This document shows, piece by piece, positions 1 to 8,009 of a DNA stretch of 16,078 nt. The notes beneath the pieces were generated by a model. That model did no database searches and had not been told where the DNA came from. It saw nothing but the letters and a program-made list of their open reading frames with translations. Every line of letters begins with the position of its first letter. Position 1 is the first letter of the stretch. The stretch is taken from assembly GCA_046484865.1 (NCBI GenBank), contig JAWOID010000109.1, forward strand, positions 1 to 16,078, read 5' to 3'. The position numbers and the translations under genes are program-made. This DNA comes from Candidatus Krumholzibacteriia bacterium. GTDB lineage: Bacteria > Krumholzibacteriota > Krumholzibacteriia > LZORAL124-64-63.

Positions 1-2
1 AA

Positions 3-206
3 TTTTTGTACAACCACCAACCACCAACCACCAACCACCAACCACCAACCACCAACCACCAACCACCAACCAGTAAACCGCTAAAAGCTTGGCTGATGCT
101 GCTGTTGTGTTGCCTTTCCGTCGTTTCCTGGGGCCAAAAAGACAAGTGGATGCTCTACCCGAATAAAGTGGACTTCGACGCCGGGCCGGGGTTTTCGCCT
201 TACAAC
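3..206 (+). CDS. N-terminal fragment of a Bacteroidetes-like secreted protein (open at the window edge, cut at the junction near 207)
   Basis: The frame reads FLY-(NHQPPTT repeats)-SKPLKAWLMLLLCCLSVVSWG/QKDKWMLYPNKVDF. This is a hydrophobic signal peptide followed by Gln, typical of Bacteroidetes exported proteins. GC is 30/60 in both 61-120 and 121-180. The translation becomes implausible after about 207. Confidence 0.5.
11..73 (+). repeat. Heptamer simple sequence repeat (CAACCAC)x8 + CAACCAG
   Basis: Counted directly: eight perfect units at 11-66 and a ninth unit with a final mismatch at 67-73. Confidence 0.97.
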
Positions 207-208
207 TC

Positions 209-2299
209 TCGGCCGATCGCTTGCGCCTGCGAGGCGAGGTGCCGGTGCACCTGGCCGCCGACGGTCATCCTCGCACCCTGCATGTCCTGGCCGGGGCCGT
301 GCGGGTGCTGGCGGCGGATGGCGCCGTCCTGGCGCAGCTCGGCCGCGGGCAGTCGGCGCTCCTGCCGGCCGCTCTGGGTCCGGTCCAGCTGAGCGCCGGG
401 TCGCCCGAGGGCACTCCCGGCGCGCACGGCGCGCACGGGGACGCCGCTGCTGGTCGCATCCTCGCCGAAGCCGTGCTGGTGGAGGTTCCTGCGGCACGCG
501 TGTCCGCAGCGGCGGGCGCGGTCACGACGGGGGCAGGCGAACGCGCGGCCGGGCCGCGGCCGGCCTTCCTCGCGCGCGAGCCCGTGGAACTGCGCTTCGG
601 CACCAGCGGGCTGCGCGGCCTGGTGCGCGACATGACCGACCTCGAGGTTTACATCAACACCCGGGGGTTCCTGCGCTTCGTGCTGCGCATCGGAGAAGCG
701 GCGCCCGGGACGCCCGTGGGCGTGGCGGAGGACCTGCGCGAGTTCGATCCGACCACCGGCCTGGTCAGCTCGCCGCGCATCGCCCGGGCGGTGGCGAGAG
801 CCATCCACGACGAGGGTTTCACCGTCCGCGCCTGCGGGCGCATCCCCACGCCGGCCCTCGCCTACCACGCCGGCCGAGCCGCGGCCGACGCTCCGTTTGC
901 GGCCGTGATGGTCACCGGCAGCCACATCCCGGCGGACCGCAACGGGATCAAGTTCTACCGGCCGGGACGCGAGGTGCTCAAGGGCGACGAGCCGGGCATC
1001 CTAACCTGCGTGGCCGAGGTCCGTCGCCAGGAGTACAGGCGACCGGCCGGCGAGAGTCCGTTCGATGCCACGGGGATGTTCCGGATCCCCGGGGAGCAGC
1101 TGACCGCCGACCCCGCCGCCGCCGAGCAGTACCTGCGCCGCTATCTCGACGCCTTCGCCGGTGCCGAGGGGCGGGCGCCGGAACTGCCGCTGTCCGGCTG
1201 GCGCATCGTGCTCTTCGAGCACACGGCCGTGGGGCGCGGGCTGCTGCGCGAGATCCTCGCCGGCCTCGGCGCCGAGGTCGTGCCGGTGGAGCGCAGCGAC
1301 ACGTTCGTGCCGGTGGACACCGAGGACGTGAGCCCCGTCGCCGAGTCGCGCTACCTGGAACTGGTGACCCACCACGCGGCCCACGCCCTGGTGAGCACCG
1401 ACGGCGACGGCGACCGCCCCCTGCTGGTGGACGAGCGGGGCCGGTTCCATCGCGGCGATGTGGTGGGACTCGTGACCGCAGAACTGCTCGACGCCGATTT
1501 CTGCGCCGTGCCGGTGAGCGCGAGCGACGCCCTGGACCGGCGCTTCGAGCAGCGCGCCGCCGCCGGTCGGACGCGACCGGTGCTGCGCAAGACCCGCATC
1601 GGATCGCCGCACGTGATCGCGGCGCTGGAGGAGGCCGTCGCCCAGGGCTACCGGCGCGTGGTCGGCTGGGAGGCCAACGGGGGCTTCCTCACGGCGACGG
1701 ATCTGACCGTCGGCGAAGCGGAGCGCGGGGAGCGCCTGGCCGCGCTACCCACCCGGGACGCCGTGCTGCCGCTGGTGGCCGTGCTGCTGGCCGCGGCCCG
1801 GAGCGGCCGGACGGTGAGCGAGCTGTTCGCGGAGCTGCCGCAACGGGCCACCCGCTCCGGTCTTCTGGACGGATTCCCGACGGAGTCCAGTCGAGCGCTG
1901 CTGGAACGTCTGGCCCCGGGGTCGGAGCAGCGGCTGCGCGCCGTCCGGTACGGAGCGGGCGGCGAGGTGACGGTGACCGCCGCGACGGGAGACGAGGAGC
2001 GGACCCTGGAGCCGCGCTCCGGACCCGCGCGCGACCTCCACGCCCGGCGCGAACTGCTGGAGCGCTACTTCGGTCGAGCCCACGGGTACGGACCGGTGCT
2101 CCGGCTCGATCTGCTCGACGGCATCCGGATCGAGTTCGCGGGCGGCGACATCGTTCACCTGCGGCCGTCGGGCAACGCGCCCCAGCTGCGCGTCTACGCC
2201 GTGGCCGATCGCCAGGCGCGGGCCGACGCCATGGTGGCGGCGGCGCTCTCGGAGCCCGGCGGGATCCTGCGGCGGATGGAGCGGGACCTGCTCGGTTGA
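209..2299 (+). CDS. manB: Phosphomannomutase/phosphohexomutase with an in-frame N-terminal fragment resembling the C-terminal cupin of type I mannose-6-phosphate isomerase (5'-truncated)
   Basis: Phosphohexomutase motifs: FGTSGLRG, TGSHIPADRNGIK (phosphoserine loop), DGDGDRP (metal loop), GWEANGG (sugar loop) and RPSGNAP (phosphate loop). The upstream in-frame segment ADRLRL...TLHVLAGAVRV...LGRGQSALLPAALG is cupin-like. The TTG at 221 has no RBS and is unlikely to be the true start. Confidence 0.88.
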   Translation, partial: SADRLRLRGEVPVHLAADGHPRTLHVLAGAVRVLAADGAVLAQLGRGQSALLPAALGPVQLSAGSPEGTPGAHGAHGDAAAGRILAEAVLVEVPAARVSAAAGAVTTGAGERAAGPRPAFLAREPVELRFGTSGLRGLVRDMTDLEVYINTRGFLRFVLRIGEAAPGTPVGVAEDLREFDPTTGLVSSPRIARAVARAIHDEGFTVRACGRIPTPALAYHAGRAAADAPFAAVMVTGSHIPADRNGIKFYRPGREVLKGDEPGILTCVAEVRRQEYRRPAGESPFDATGMFRIPGEQLTADPAAAEQYLRRYLDAFAGAEGRAPELPLSGWRIVLFEHTAVGRGLLREILAGLGAEVVPVERSDTFVPVDTEDVSPVAESRYLELVTHHAAHALVSTDGDGDRPLLVDERGRFHRGDVVGLVTAELLDADFCAVPVSASDALDRRFEQRAAAGRTRPVLRKTRIGSPHVIAALEEAVAQGYRRVVGWEANGGFLTATDLTVGEAERGERLAALPTRDAVLPLVAVLLAAARSGRTVSELFAELPQRATRSGLLDGFPTESSRALLERLAPGSEQRLRAVRYGAGGEVTVTAATGDEERTLEPRSGPARDLHARRELLERYFGRAHGYGPVLRLDLLDGIRIEFAGGDIVHLRPSGNAPQLRVYAVADRQARADAMVAAALSEPGGILRRMERDLLG

Positions 2300-2318
2300 T
2301 TCCGGTCGGCGCCGGGTG

Positions 2319-2354
2319 CCGCCTGCGCCGGCGCGGACCGCCTGCGCCGGCGCG
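2319..2354. repeat. 17-bp direct repeat CCGCCTGCGCCGGCGCG x2
   Basis: Copies at 2319-2335 and 2338-2354, in the convergent intergenic gap. Confidence 0.8.
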
Positions 2355-2383
2355 CACGCCGGGCGACGGCGCCGGCCGCCGCG

Positions 2384-2416
2384 AGAAAGGGCCCCGCTCG
2401 CGAGGAGCGGGGCCCT
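2384..2416 (-). terminator. Intrinsic terminator downstream of the porin gene (possibly bidirectional)
   Basis: Perfect 12-bp stem AGGGCCCCGCTC (2388-2399) / GAGCGGGGCCCT (2405-2416) with a 5-nt loop and a short T-rich tail on the minus strand. It lies between convergent genes. Confidence 0.75.
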
Positions 2417-2459
2417 GTTCGTGATCGTCGTCGGCGCCGGCGGACCGGCGCGCGGCGGA

Positions 2460-3671
2460 CTAGTAGGTGGTGAAGAAGCCGACGATGAACGAGCTGATGC
2501 TGTCCTCGTCCACGCCCCAGGGCAGCGCGTAGTCGGTGCTGACCTGCTCGTAACCGACCTTGATGTTGGCGTTGTGGCCGGCGAGGAAGTAGGTCAGGCC
2601 GAGGCGCCACAGGTTGTAGCTGCCGTCGTCGTTGTCAGCATCGCTGCTCCAGGTCTCGTACAGGAACCAGGGCTGCCACTTCTCCTGGAACAGGTAGCCC
2701 ACCTGGCCGTAGATGCCGGTGCCCTCGACGTCCGGGGCGCCGTCGTCCAGGTCCAGCTGCAGGTAGCCGACCTCGGCCGTGATGGCGCCTTCGCCCAGTT
2801 CCTTCTCGATGAACCCGTCCACGCTGAAGAGCATGTAGTCGCCCGGTTCCTCGAAGGTGCCGGCGACGTCGGACTGCATGTCGATGCTGGCGCCGATGCC
2901 GATGGTGTTCTTCCGGCCCACGTAGGTGGAGCTGTTGTAGTAGCCCGCCTCCGGGTCGCCGAAGTTCACCTGCACGCGGCCGGTGTAGCGCTCGGTGTCG
3001 TCGCCTTCCCACGTCTCGGGCGGGGCGAGCCGGCTGGTGCGGCCGAGACCGTTGTACATGCCGGCGTAGTACTTCAGGTGCACGTTCTCGCCGATGGGAC
3101 CGGAGCCGAACAGCGTGGCGCCGAGGTCACGGACGCTGCCGGGAACCTGGGCACCGCCGGAGGTGCCGGACAGCGTGGCGGTGTTGAACCCGTACATCGA
3201 CCGGATGCCCCACGAGATCACCTTGTAGTTCATGCCCGGGCGGTCGACGGCCATCATCGCACCCGAGGAGGTGAGGTTCTGGCGCAGGGCGGGGGCCATG
3301 TTCAGGCCCATGTAGAGCTGCAGCCAGCTGTTGTACTTGGCGTTCACCCAGGCGTCGATGGCCTGCATGTTCTGGCCGATCGACCCCGCCGACGCGCCGG
3401 ACACGTCGGTCTGGATGAAGGCGGTCATGTGTTCGTTGACCACCATCGTCAGGCGCAGACGGGCGCGGCGGACCCGGAACATGTCCCAGCGCTCGACGTC
3501 GTCGTCGTCGCCGACGATGTCGCCCATGTTCAGGTAGTACGTCTGGACACGCGCGCCCAGGTCGATCATGGCATTCTCGTTGATCGTGAGCTTGGCCCCC
3601 GCATGTGCGAGCGAAGCGCCCAGGACCGCCACGAGCAGAATCGTGAGGAGAGCGGACATCGTTGTCCTCAT
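2460..3671 (-). CDS. Outer-membrane porin, phosphate-selective OprO/OprP superfamily, resembling Geobacter ExtI (403 aa)
   Basis: AGGAGG at 3679-3684 (minus strand) precedes ATG 3671, so the ORF-track start at 3905 is too long. Signal peptide ends ...SLAHA. Motifs FRVRRARLRL and DPEAGYYNSSTYVGRKNTIGIG, amphipathic beta strands, and an aromatic C-terminus (FFTTY). Confidence 0.8.
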   Translation of the reverse strand: MRTTMSALLTILLVAVLGASLAHAGAKLTINENAMIDLGARVQTYYLNMGDIVGDDDDVERWDMFRVRRARLRLTMVVNEHMTAFIQTDVSGASAGSIGQNMQAIDAWVNAKYNSWLQLYMGLNMAPALRQNLTSSGAMMAVDRPGMNYKVISWGIRSMYGFNTATLSGTSGGAQVPGSVRDLGATLFGSGPIGENVHLKYYAGMYNGLGRTSRLAPPETWEGDDTERYTGRVQVNFGDPEAGYYNSSTYVGRKNTIGIGASIDMQSDVAGTFEEPGDYMLFSVDGFIEKELGEGAITAEVGYLQLDLDDGAPDVEGTGIYGQVGYLFQEKWQPWFLYETWSSDADNDDGSYNLWRLGLTYFLAGHNANIKVGYEQVSTDYALPWGVDEDSISSFIVGFFTTY

Positions 3672-3903
3672 TATCGAACCTCCTGTTTCATCCTTCGATT
3701 CAGCCCGCCCCAGATTGTCGACTTCCTGCGCGGGGCGGGGACGTACCCGAAGCCGTGTCGCCGGGGTGCTTGGCACCGGCCGTCGCTTCGGTACGAAGCT
3801 CCTGGGATTGGATGCCGGTCCGTCCTCCTCTCTCTGCCGGTTCGCCAGTCCCGCGGCAGCGTGCAACGGTCCGTCACCGGGACCGGGCATGGTGACCCAC
3901 CGC

Positions 3904-3933
3904 ATTCTAGATTCCGTTTTGCAAGCCTGTCTA
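3904..3933 (-). promoter_or_regulatory. Candidate sigma-70 promoter of the porin gene
   Basis: The minus strand reads TAGACA-N18-TAGAAT, each hexamer one mismatch from consensus, within an AT-enriched patch. Confidence 0.55.
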
Positions 3934-4133
3934 CATCAAGGTTGCGGGTCTCCGGGCCGCCGATGACCGGACGCGGCTGCCCCGGAAAACGGTCGTAGGC
4001 ATGCAAAAGCGCGGCGTAACGACCGTCACCGGCGTTCGCGCCCGCCACTTTCGCTCGTGAGGATGCACAGGCCATGCCCCGACCTCAAGGGTGATTTGCG
4101 GGTGGTCGGATCGAGTTCAGGGGGCGGCGTACC

Positions 4134-6857
4134 TCAGAAGGGGAAACCGCTGCCCAGATGGACGTAGGTGTCCTCGTCGCTCCCCGCGACGGTGAGCGAG
4201 ACGGTGTGCAGCAGATCCAGGGGGGCGATCCAGATCCCGGCCTGCCATGATGGATGCCAGTCGCCCGGCGAATGTCCGTCCACGGCGACGCGGCCGGCGG
4301 CGACTCCCACGACGAGGCCGAGCTGGCTGGGCACGAGGATCTTGCGGCGCAGCAGGCGCAGGCGCAGCTGGACGGCTCCGTCCACGGCGGTGTCGCCGGC
4401 GAAGCGCTCGCGAGGGTAGCCGGCGAGCGACTCGGGCCCGCCCAGGTAAGCGGCGGCGAAGAACGGATAGGCGCCCCAGACCCTGGTGCCCGCCAGGCGG
4501 ACGGCGACGGTGGCGGGCCGCCACGGGGTCCAGAAGCCGGAGAGCCGGCCCCGGGCGCTCGTGTAGCCGTCGCCTGCCACATCCCAGATCGGTGGTGCCC
4601 AGGCGGCGTGCGCCTGGGCCTGGTAGCCTGCGGTGGCATGGCGCCGCCGGTCACGTCGATCGAGATCGACTCCCACCGCCAGCGACACCTCGCCGAAATT
4701 GCCGGTGCCGTCGGCGTCCGCGAGGGCCGCGGCTCCGGCTCCGTTCGCCGCCGCGGCCGCGACTGCGCCGGCACCGGGGACCTCGGTACGGGCCAGCCGC
4801 GAGCGCACCTCCATCGTCACGTCGAACCCGCCTCCGGTCACCCGGGTGTAGCCGAGGGCGAGCGAGTACTGCTCGTGATCGATCTCCGCGTGCGCCAGCT
4901 CCGGCGGCGCCGGCACGGCGTTGCCGAATCCGAAGAAGTTGAGCCGCTCCAGCCCGGAGGCGGCGAACGTGAGCCGTGACGACGACAGTGAACTCTCGCG
5001 CGGGCTGTGCAGCAGCACCGATCCGGCCCAGCGGCCGCGGCCGGCCGCGAAGCGCGCGTCGGCGCGCAGCATCCGCTCGTAGGGACGGTGCTGGAAACCG
5101 AAGTCGCGGCGCTCCCGCGCCAGGCCGAGCAGCAGACCGGTCGACGGCGCCACCGCCAGGCCGACCTTCCACGACCCCGACGTGCCCCAGTCGCGCGGCG
5201 GCGGGCCGTCCACCGGGGACGGGTGGGGCACCGAGCGCACGCGGACCCGCTCCGCTTCCACCAGCGAGCCCGCGAAGGGCACGTCATACACCACCACGTC
5301 GCGCTGCTCGTTCCGGGCGTTCACGCGATCGTGCCCGGTGGAGCTCACCAGCCGGATCGCGATGGGCCCGACGTCGGGTCCGGTCACGAGGACACGATCG
5401 TCGCCGCCCTCGAGATAGATGCGGATCTCCTCGGTCTCGACGGCGTGGAACCGGCGCCGGTACACCTCGGCGGTGTCCGGCGCTGCGCTCCCCGCGCTCC
5501 CCACACTCCCCGCCGGCTCCGGCGACAGGGTGTCGGCCCACGCCGGCAGGAGCGGTGCGCGAGCGGTGACGGTCACGTCGCCGTCTCGGTGGCGGTGGAT
5601 CACCACCTCCTCACCGACGTCGTGCAGGTGCACGTCAACCTCTTTGGCCAGATGCCGATAGAACGCGAGGGAGTAGTCCGCCAGCCGGTCGCGGCGGTGG
5701 CGCAGCGTCTCCTCCAGCCAGGGGCCGCGGATCTCGAGGTGCTCCCGCGGCAGGGCCGCCAGCGCGGCTTCGATCACCTCGTCGGTGAGGCGCCCCTGAA
5801 CGGTGGCGGACACGGTCGCGAATTCGTCGCGCCCGAGTCCGGTCAGGAGCCGGCGATCCACCCGCCGGGCGTTCCAGGTGGCGGCATGGATGCTCGGATA
5901 GTTCCGATCGAAGACCGTGAGCTGCGGCGCGACAGCCTTGCCGACCAGGCGCAACGCCCAGCCGTCGTAGCGGGAGAGGGCCTGGTCGCGGTCCTCGGCC
6001 ACCGGCACGTAGGCGGGGGGCCGGCCCGGACCGACGTCGGCCCAGCGCCACTGGCCCTCGTGGCGGTCCCAGTCTCCCAGCCAGAGGTCCACCAGGCGCG
6101 CCGCCAGCAACGCATGCGCGTCGATGCGCACGCGTGGGTCGCTGCGCAGAAGCGTGACCAGTCTGCGGGTATCGAGGACCTCGTCCGCCCCCGCGAAGCC
6201 GGGTTGATCGTCGCCGGCGTCCGGATACTCGATGAACACGCCGGCACGCCCGGCGAACGTGTTGCGCCAGCGTCCCAGCCGCTCGTGGTCCGGCAGCACC
6301 ACCAGCCGGGGCCGATCGTGCAGGAGTCCGAGACTGTCCAGCACCACGGCCGCCAGCGGGGACACCGTCGGAAACTGGGAACTGGTCTGGTCGCGTACGA
6401 GGTCGCGCACGATCCCGGTTTCCAGCTCGTCGGGGATCGCGGCGGTGGGATCCTTGTCCAGGGCCCGCAGGGTGTAGGGGCGGCCGTCGGCGCCCTTGAA
6501 GCGCAGTTGCTCGGTCTGCTCCCCGCCACCCGTGCCGGTGGCCTGGAGCCCGCCACCCACCGACGCCACGTCCAGCACCGGGAGCGCTACCGGCGTGGTC
6601 CACAGATCCCGGTAACCGGCGCCGAAGAGCAGGCGGTGCAGGAACCCGGCGTCGTACTGTGGACCGGGCACGATGGGCTGCGGAGGATCGTCGATGTCCG
6701 GCGCCGCGGCCGTGTCCGCCGCCAGGACCAGCGGCGCCGCCGCAGCCAGCGCGAGATGCAACGCGCACGCGACTGCCGGCGCCACCGCCGGTCGGCTCCG
6801 CCGTCGTCGTGCCGACAGGCTGCGCCCGGATCGCGGTTGCGGGCACCGATGATGCAT
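4134..6857 (-). CDS. BamA/TamA (Omp85) family outer-membrane protein with an N-terminal atypical kinase-like domain (about 907 aa)
   Basis: Signal-like N-terminus. Motifs GGGEQT, YTLRALDK, DLWLGDWDRHEGQWRW and EDRDQA. C-terminal beta strands include LGGPESLAGYPRERFAGD (Omp85 loop-6 position) and end in GFPF. The start (6857 vs 6935) is uncertain. Confidence 0.75.
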   Translation of the reverse strand: MHHRCPQPRSGRSLSARRRRSRPAVAPAVACALHLALAAAAPLVLAADTAAAPDIDDPPQPIVPGPQYDAGFLHRLLFGAGYRDLWTTPVALPVLDVASVGGGLQATGTGGGEQTEQLRFKGADGRPYTLRALDKDPTAAIPDELETGIVRDLVRDQTSSQFPTVSPLAAVVLDSLGLLHDRPRLVVLPDHERLGRWRNTFAGRAGVFIEYPDAGDDQPGFAGADEVLDTRRLVTLLRSDPRVRIDAHALLAARLVDLWLGDWDRHEGQWRWADVGPGRPPAYVPVAEDRDQALSRYDGWALRLVGKAVAPQLTVFDRNYPSIHAATWNARRVDRRLLTGLGRDEFATVSATVQGRLTDEVIEAALAALPREHLEIRGPWLEETLRHRRDRLADYSLAFYRHLAKEVDVHLHDVGEEVVIHRHRDGDVTVTARAPLLPAWADTLSPEPAGSVGSAGSAAPDTAEVYRRRFHAVETEEIRIYLEGGDDRVLVTGPDVGPIAIRLVSSTGHDRVNARNEQRDVVVYDVPFAGSLVEAERVRVRSVPHPSPVDGPPPRDWGTSGSWKVGLAVAPSTGLLLGLARERRDFGFQHRPYERMLRADARFAAGRGRWAGSVLLHSPRESSLSSSRLTFAASGLERLNFFGFGNAVPAPPELAHAEIDHEQYSLALGYTRVTGGGFDVTMEVRSRLARTEVPGAGAVAAAAANGAGAAALADADGTGNFGEVSLAVGVDLDRRDRRRHATAGYQAQAHAAWAPPIWDVAGDGYTSARGRLSGFWTPWRPATVAVRLAGTRVWGAYPFFAAAYLGGPESLAGYPRERFAGDTAVDGAVQLRLRLLRRKILVPSQLGLVVGVAAGRVAVDGHSPGDWHPSWQAGIWIAPLDLLHTVSLTVAGSDEDTYVHLGSGFPF

Positions 6858-6975
6858 GCCTGAAGAGAAACGAGCGAAATGCCCGGCTACCATAGGGAGT
6901 GGCCCGATGGCGGCCCGGTTTGCCGGCCCGGTCACTGTGCGGGTGAGTGGCTGGTCCTAGCCGAAGGGATCCGAC

Positions 6976-7959
6976 ATGTCCATGATCGATCGGCTCCGTC
7001 GGGGCGCAGCGCCGGCGGCGGTCCTGCTGTTCCTGCCGCTCGCCGCACTGGCCCAGGACGACGGCGATGACGACCTGCGGGCGTTGCTCGAGCAGGTGGG
7101 TGCCGATTACGCCGAAGCGTACATCTCCCCGTTCATCCACGCCCACGGTCCCAACCAGAACTCGGCTCTGTATCACACGGCGAGCGTGCCAGGCACCGGG
7201 CTGCACGTGACGATCGGGTTGAAGCTCATGGCGACCCAGCTCGACGAGAACGATCAGACCTTTCGCAGGGTGCTCGAGAACGTCGAAGTCGGCGGCGTGC
7301 TGCCCGACGATCCCGTGTACGATCCGTACCGGGAGGAGACGGGCACCGTGGTGATGAGCGGCCCGACGGTGTTCGGCGACACGTCGGTGGACGGCAGGGT
7401 GACCGTGTACGTGAACGGTCTGCCGATCTACACCGACCACACCATTCCCGGGCTCGTGGACACGCGCTGGGTGCCGCTGTTCGCGCCGCAGGTCACCGTG
7501 GGCAGCGTGTACGGTCTGTCCGCGACCCTGCGCTGGTTCCCGGACCTCGATCTGAGCGACTACGGCAAGTCCAGCTTCTTCGGCTGGGGGCTGTCATGGG
7601 GCGCCTCGGCGCTGCTGCCGGAGTTGCCGGTCGACGTGATGATCGGTTACTTCGAGCAGAGCCTGGATGTCGGCACCCTTCTGGGAACGCAGGCCACGAG
7701 CTTGCATCTGGTGGTGAGCAAGCGGCTCCACGCCGTCACCGTCTACGGCGGCGTCGCGGCGGAATCTTCGGAACTGGATGTCCGCTACGAATTCGCGGGC
7801 TACGACGCCTTGCCCGGCTCCGCGGGCACGGTCGCCTTCTCGGTGGAAGGTGCGCAGGATCGCCGGCTTACCCTGGGCGCGACGGTCGGGCCGGTCAACG
7901 CGGAGATATCACACGGCAAGCTGACCACGTTCGGCGCCGGGCTCCTCTACGGGTTCTAG
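6976..7959 (+). CDS. Exported conserved protein, DUF6588-like, probable outer-membrane beta-barrel
   Basis: RBS GAAGGGA, signal peptide ending ...AALA/Q, segment AEAYISPF...NSALYHTA, alternating beta strands, and a terminal YGF. The family assignment is from memory of similar proteins. Confidence 0.65.
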   Translation: MSMIDRLRRGAAPAAVLLFLPLAALAQDDGDDDLRALLEQVGADYAEAYISPFIHAHGPNQNSALYHTASVPGTGLHVTIGLKLMATQLDENDQTFRRVLENVEVGGVLPDDPVYDPYREETGTVVMSGPTVFGDTSVDGRVTVYVNGLPIYTDHTIPGLVDTRWVPLFAPQVTVGSVYGLSATLRWFPDLDLSDYGKSSFFGWGLSWGASALLPELPVDVMIGYFEQSLDVGTLLGTQATSLHLVVSKRLHAVTVYGGVAAESSELDVRYEFAGYDALPGSAGTVAFSVEGAQDRRLTLGATVGPVNAEISHGKLTTFGAGLLYGF

Positions 7960-8009
7960 CCGGTAGCGGAGCCGGAGCGACGTGCTCGCGGCACGAAAGG
8001 ACGATCGCG

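Noticed and set aside
11..73. The repeat as a CRISPR array or telomere
   Set aside because: It is a pure 7-nt tandem with no spacers and no cas genes, with unique sequence on both sides.
2460..3671. A selenite/tellurite-reduction (ext) operon
   Set aside because: Only the porin resembles ExtI. No rhodanese or cytochrome partners are adjacent, so the function cannot be transferred.
3771..3787. TGGCAC as a sigma-54 site near the porin
   Set aside because: There is no TTGC at the required spacing, and it is on the wrong strand for the porin.
2316..3998. 560-aa plus-strand ORF
   Set aside because: It is an antisense shadow of the porin, with no motifs or RBS. Such ORFs are expected in high-GC DNA.
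5483..5512. 9-bp periodic repeat encoding GSVGSAGSA
   Set aside because: It is a short, imperfect, in-frame linker expansion.
5007..7440. 618-aa (+) and 601-aa (-) ORFs
   Set aside because: They overlap well-supported genes and have Arg/Pro/Gly-rich off-frame composition.
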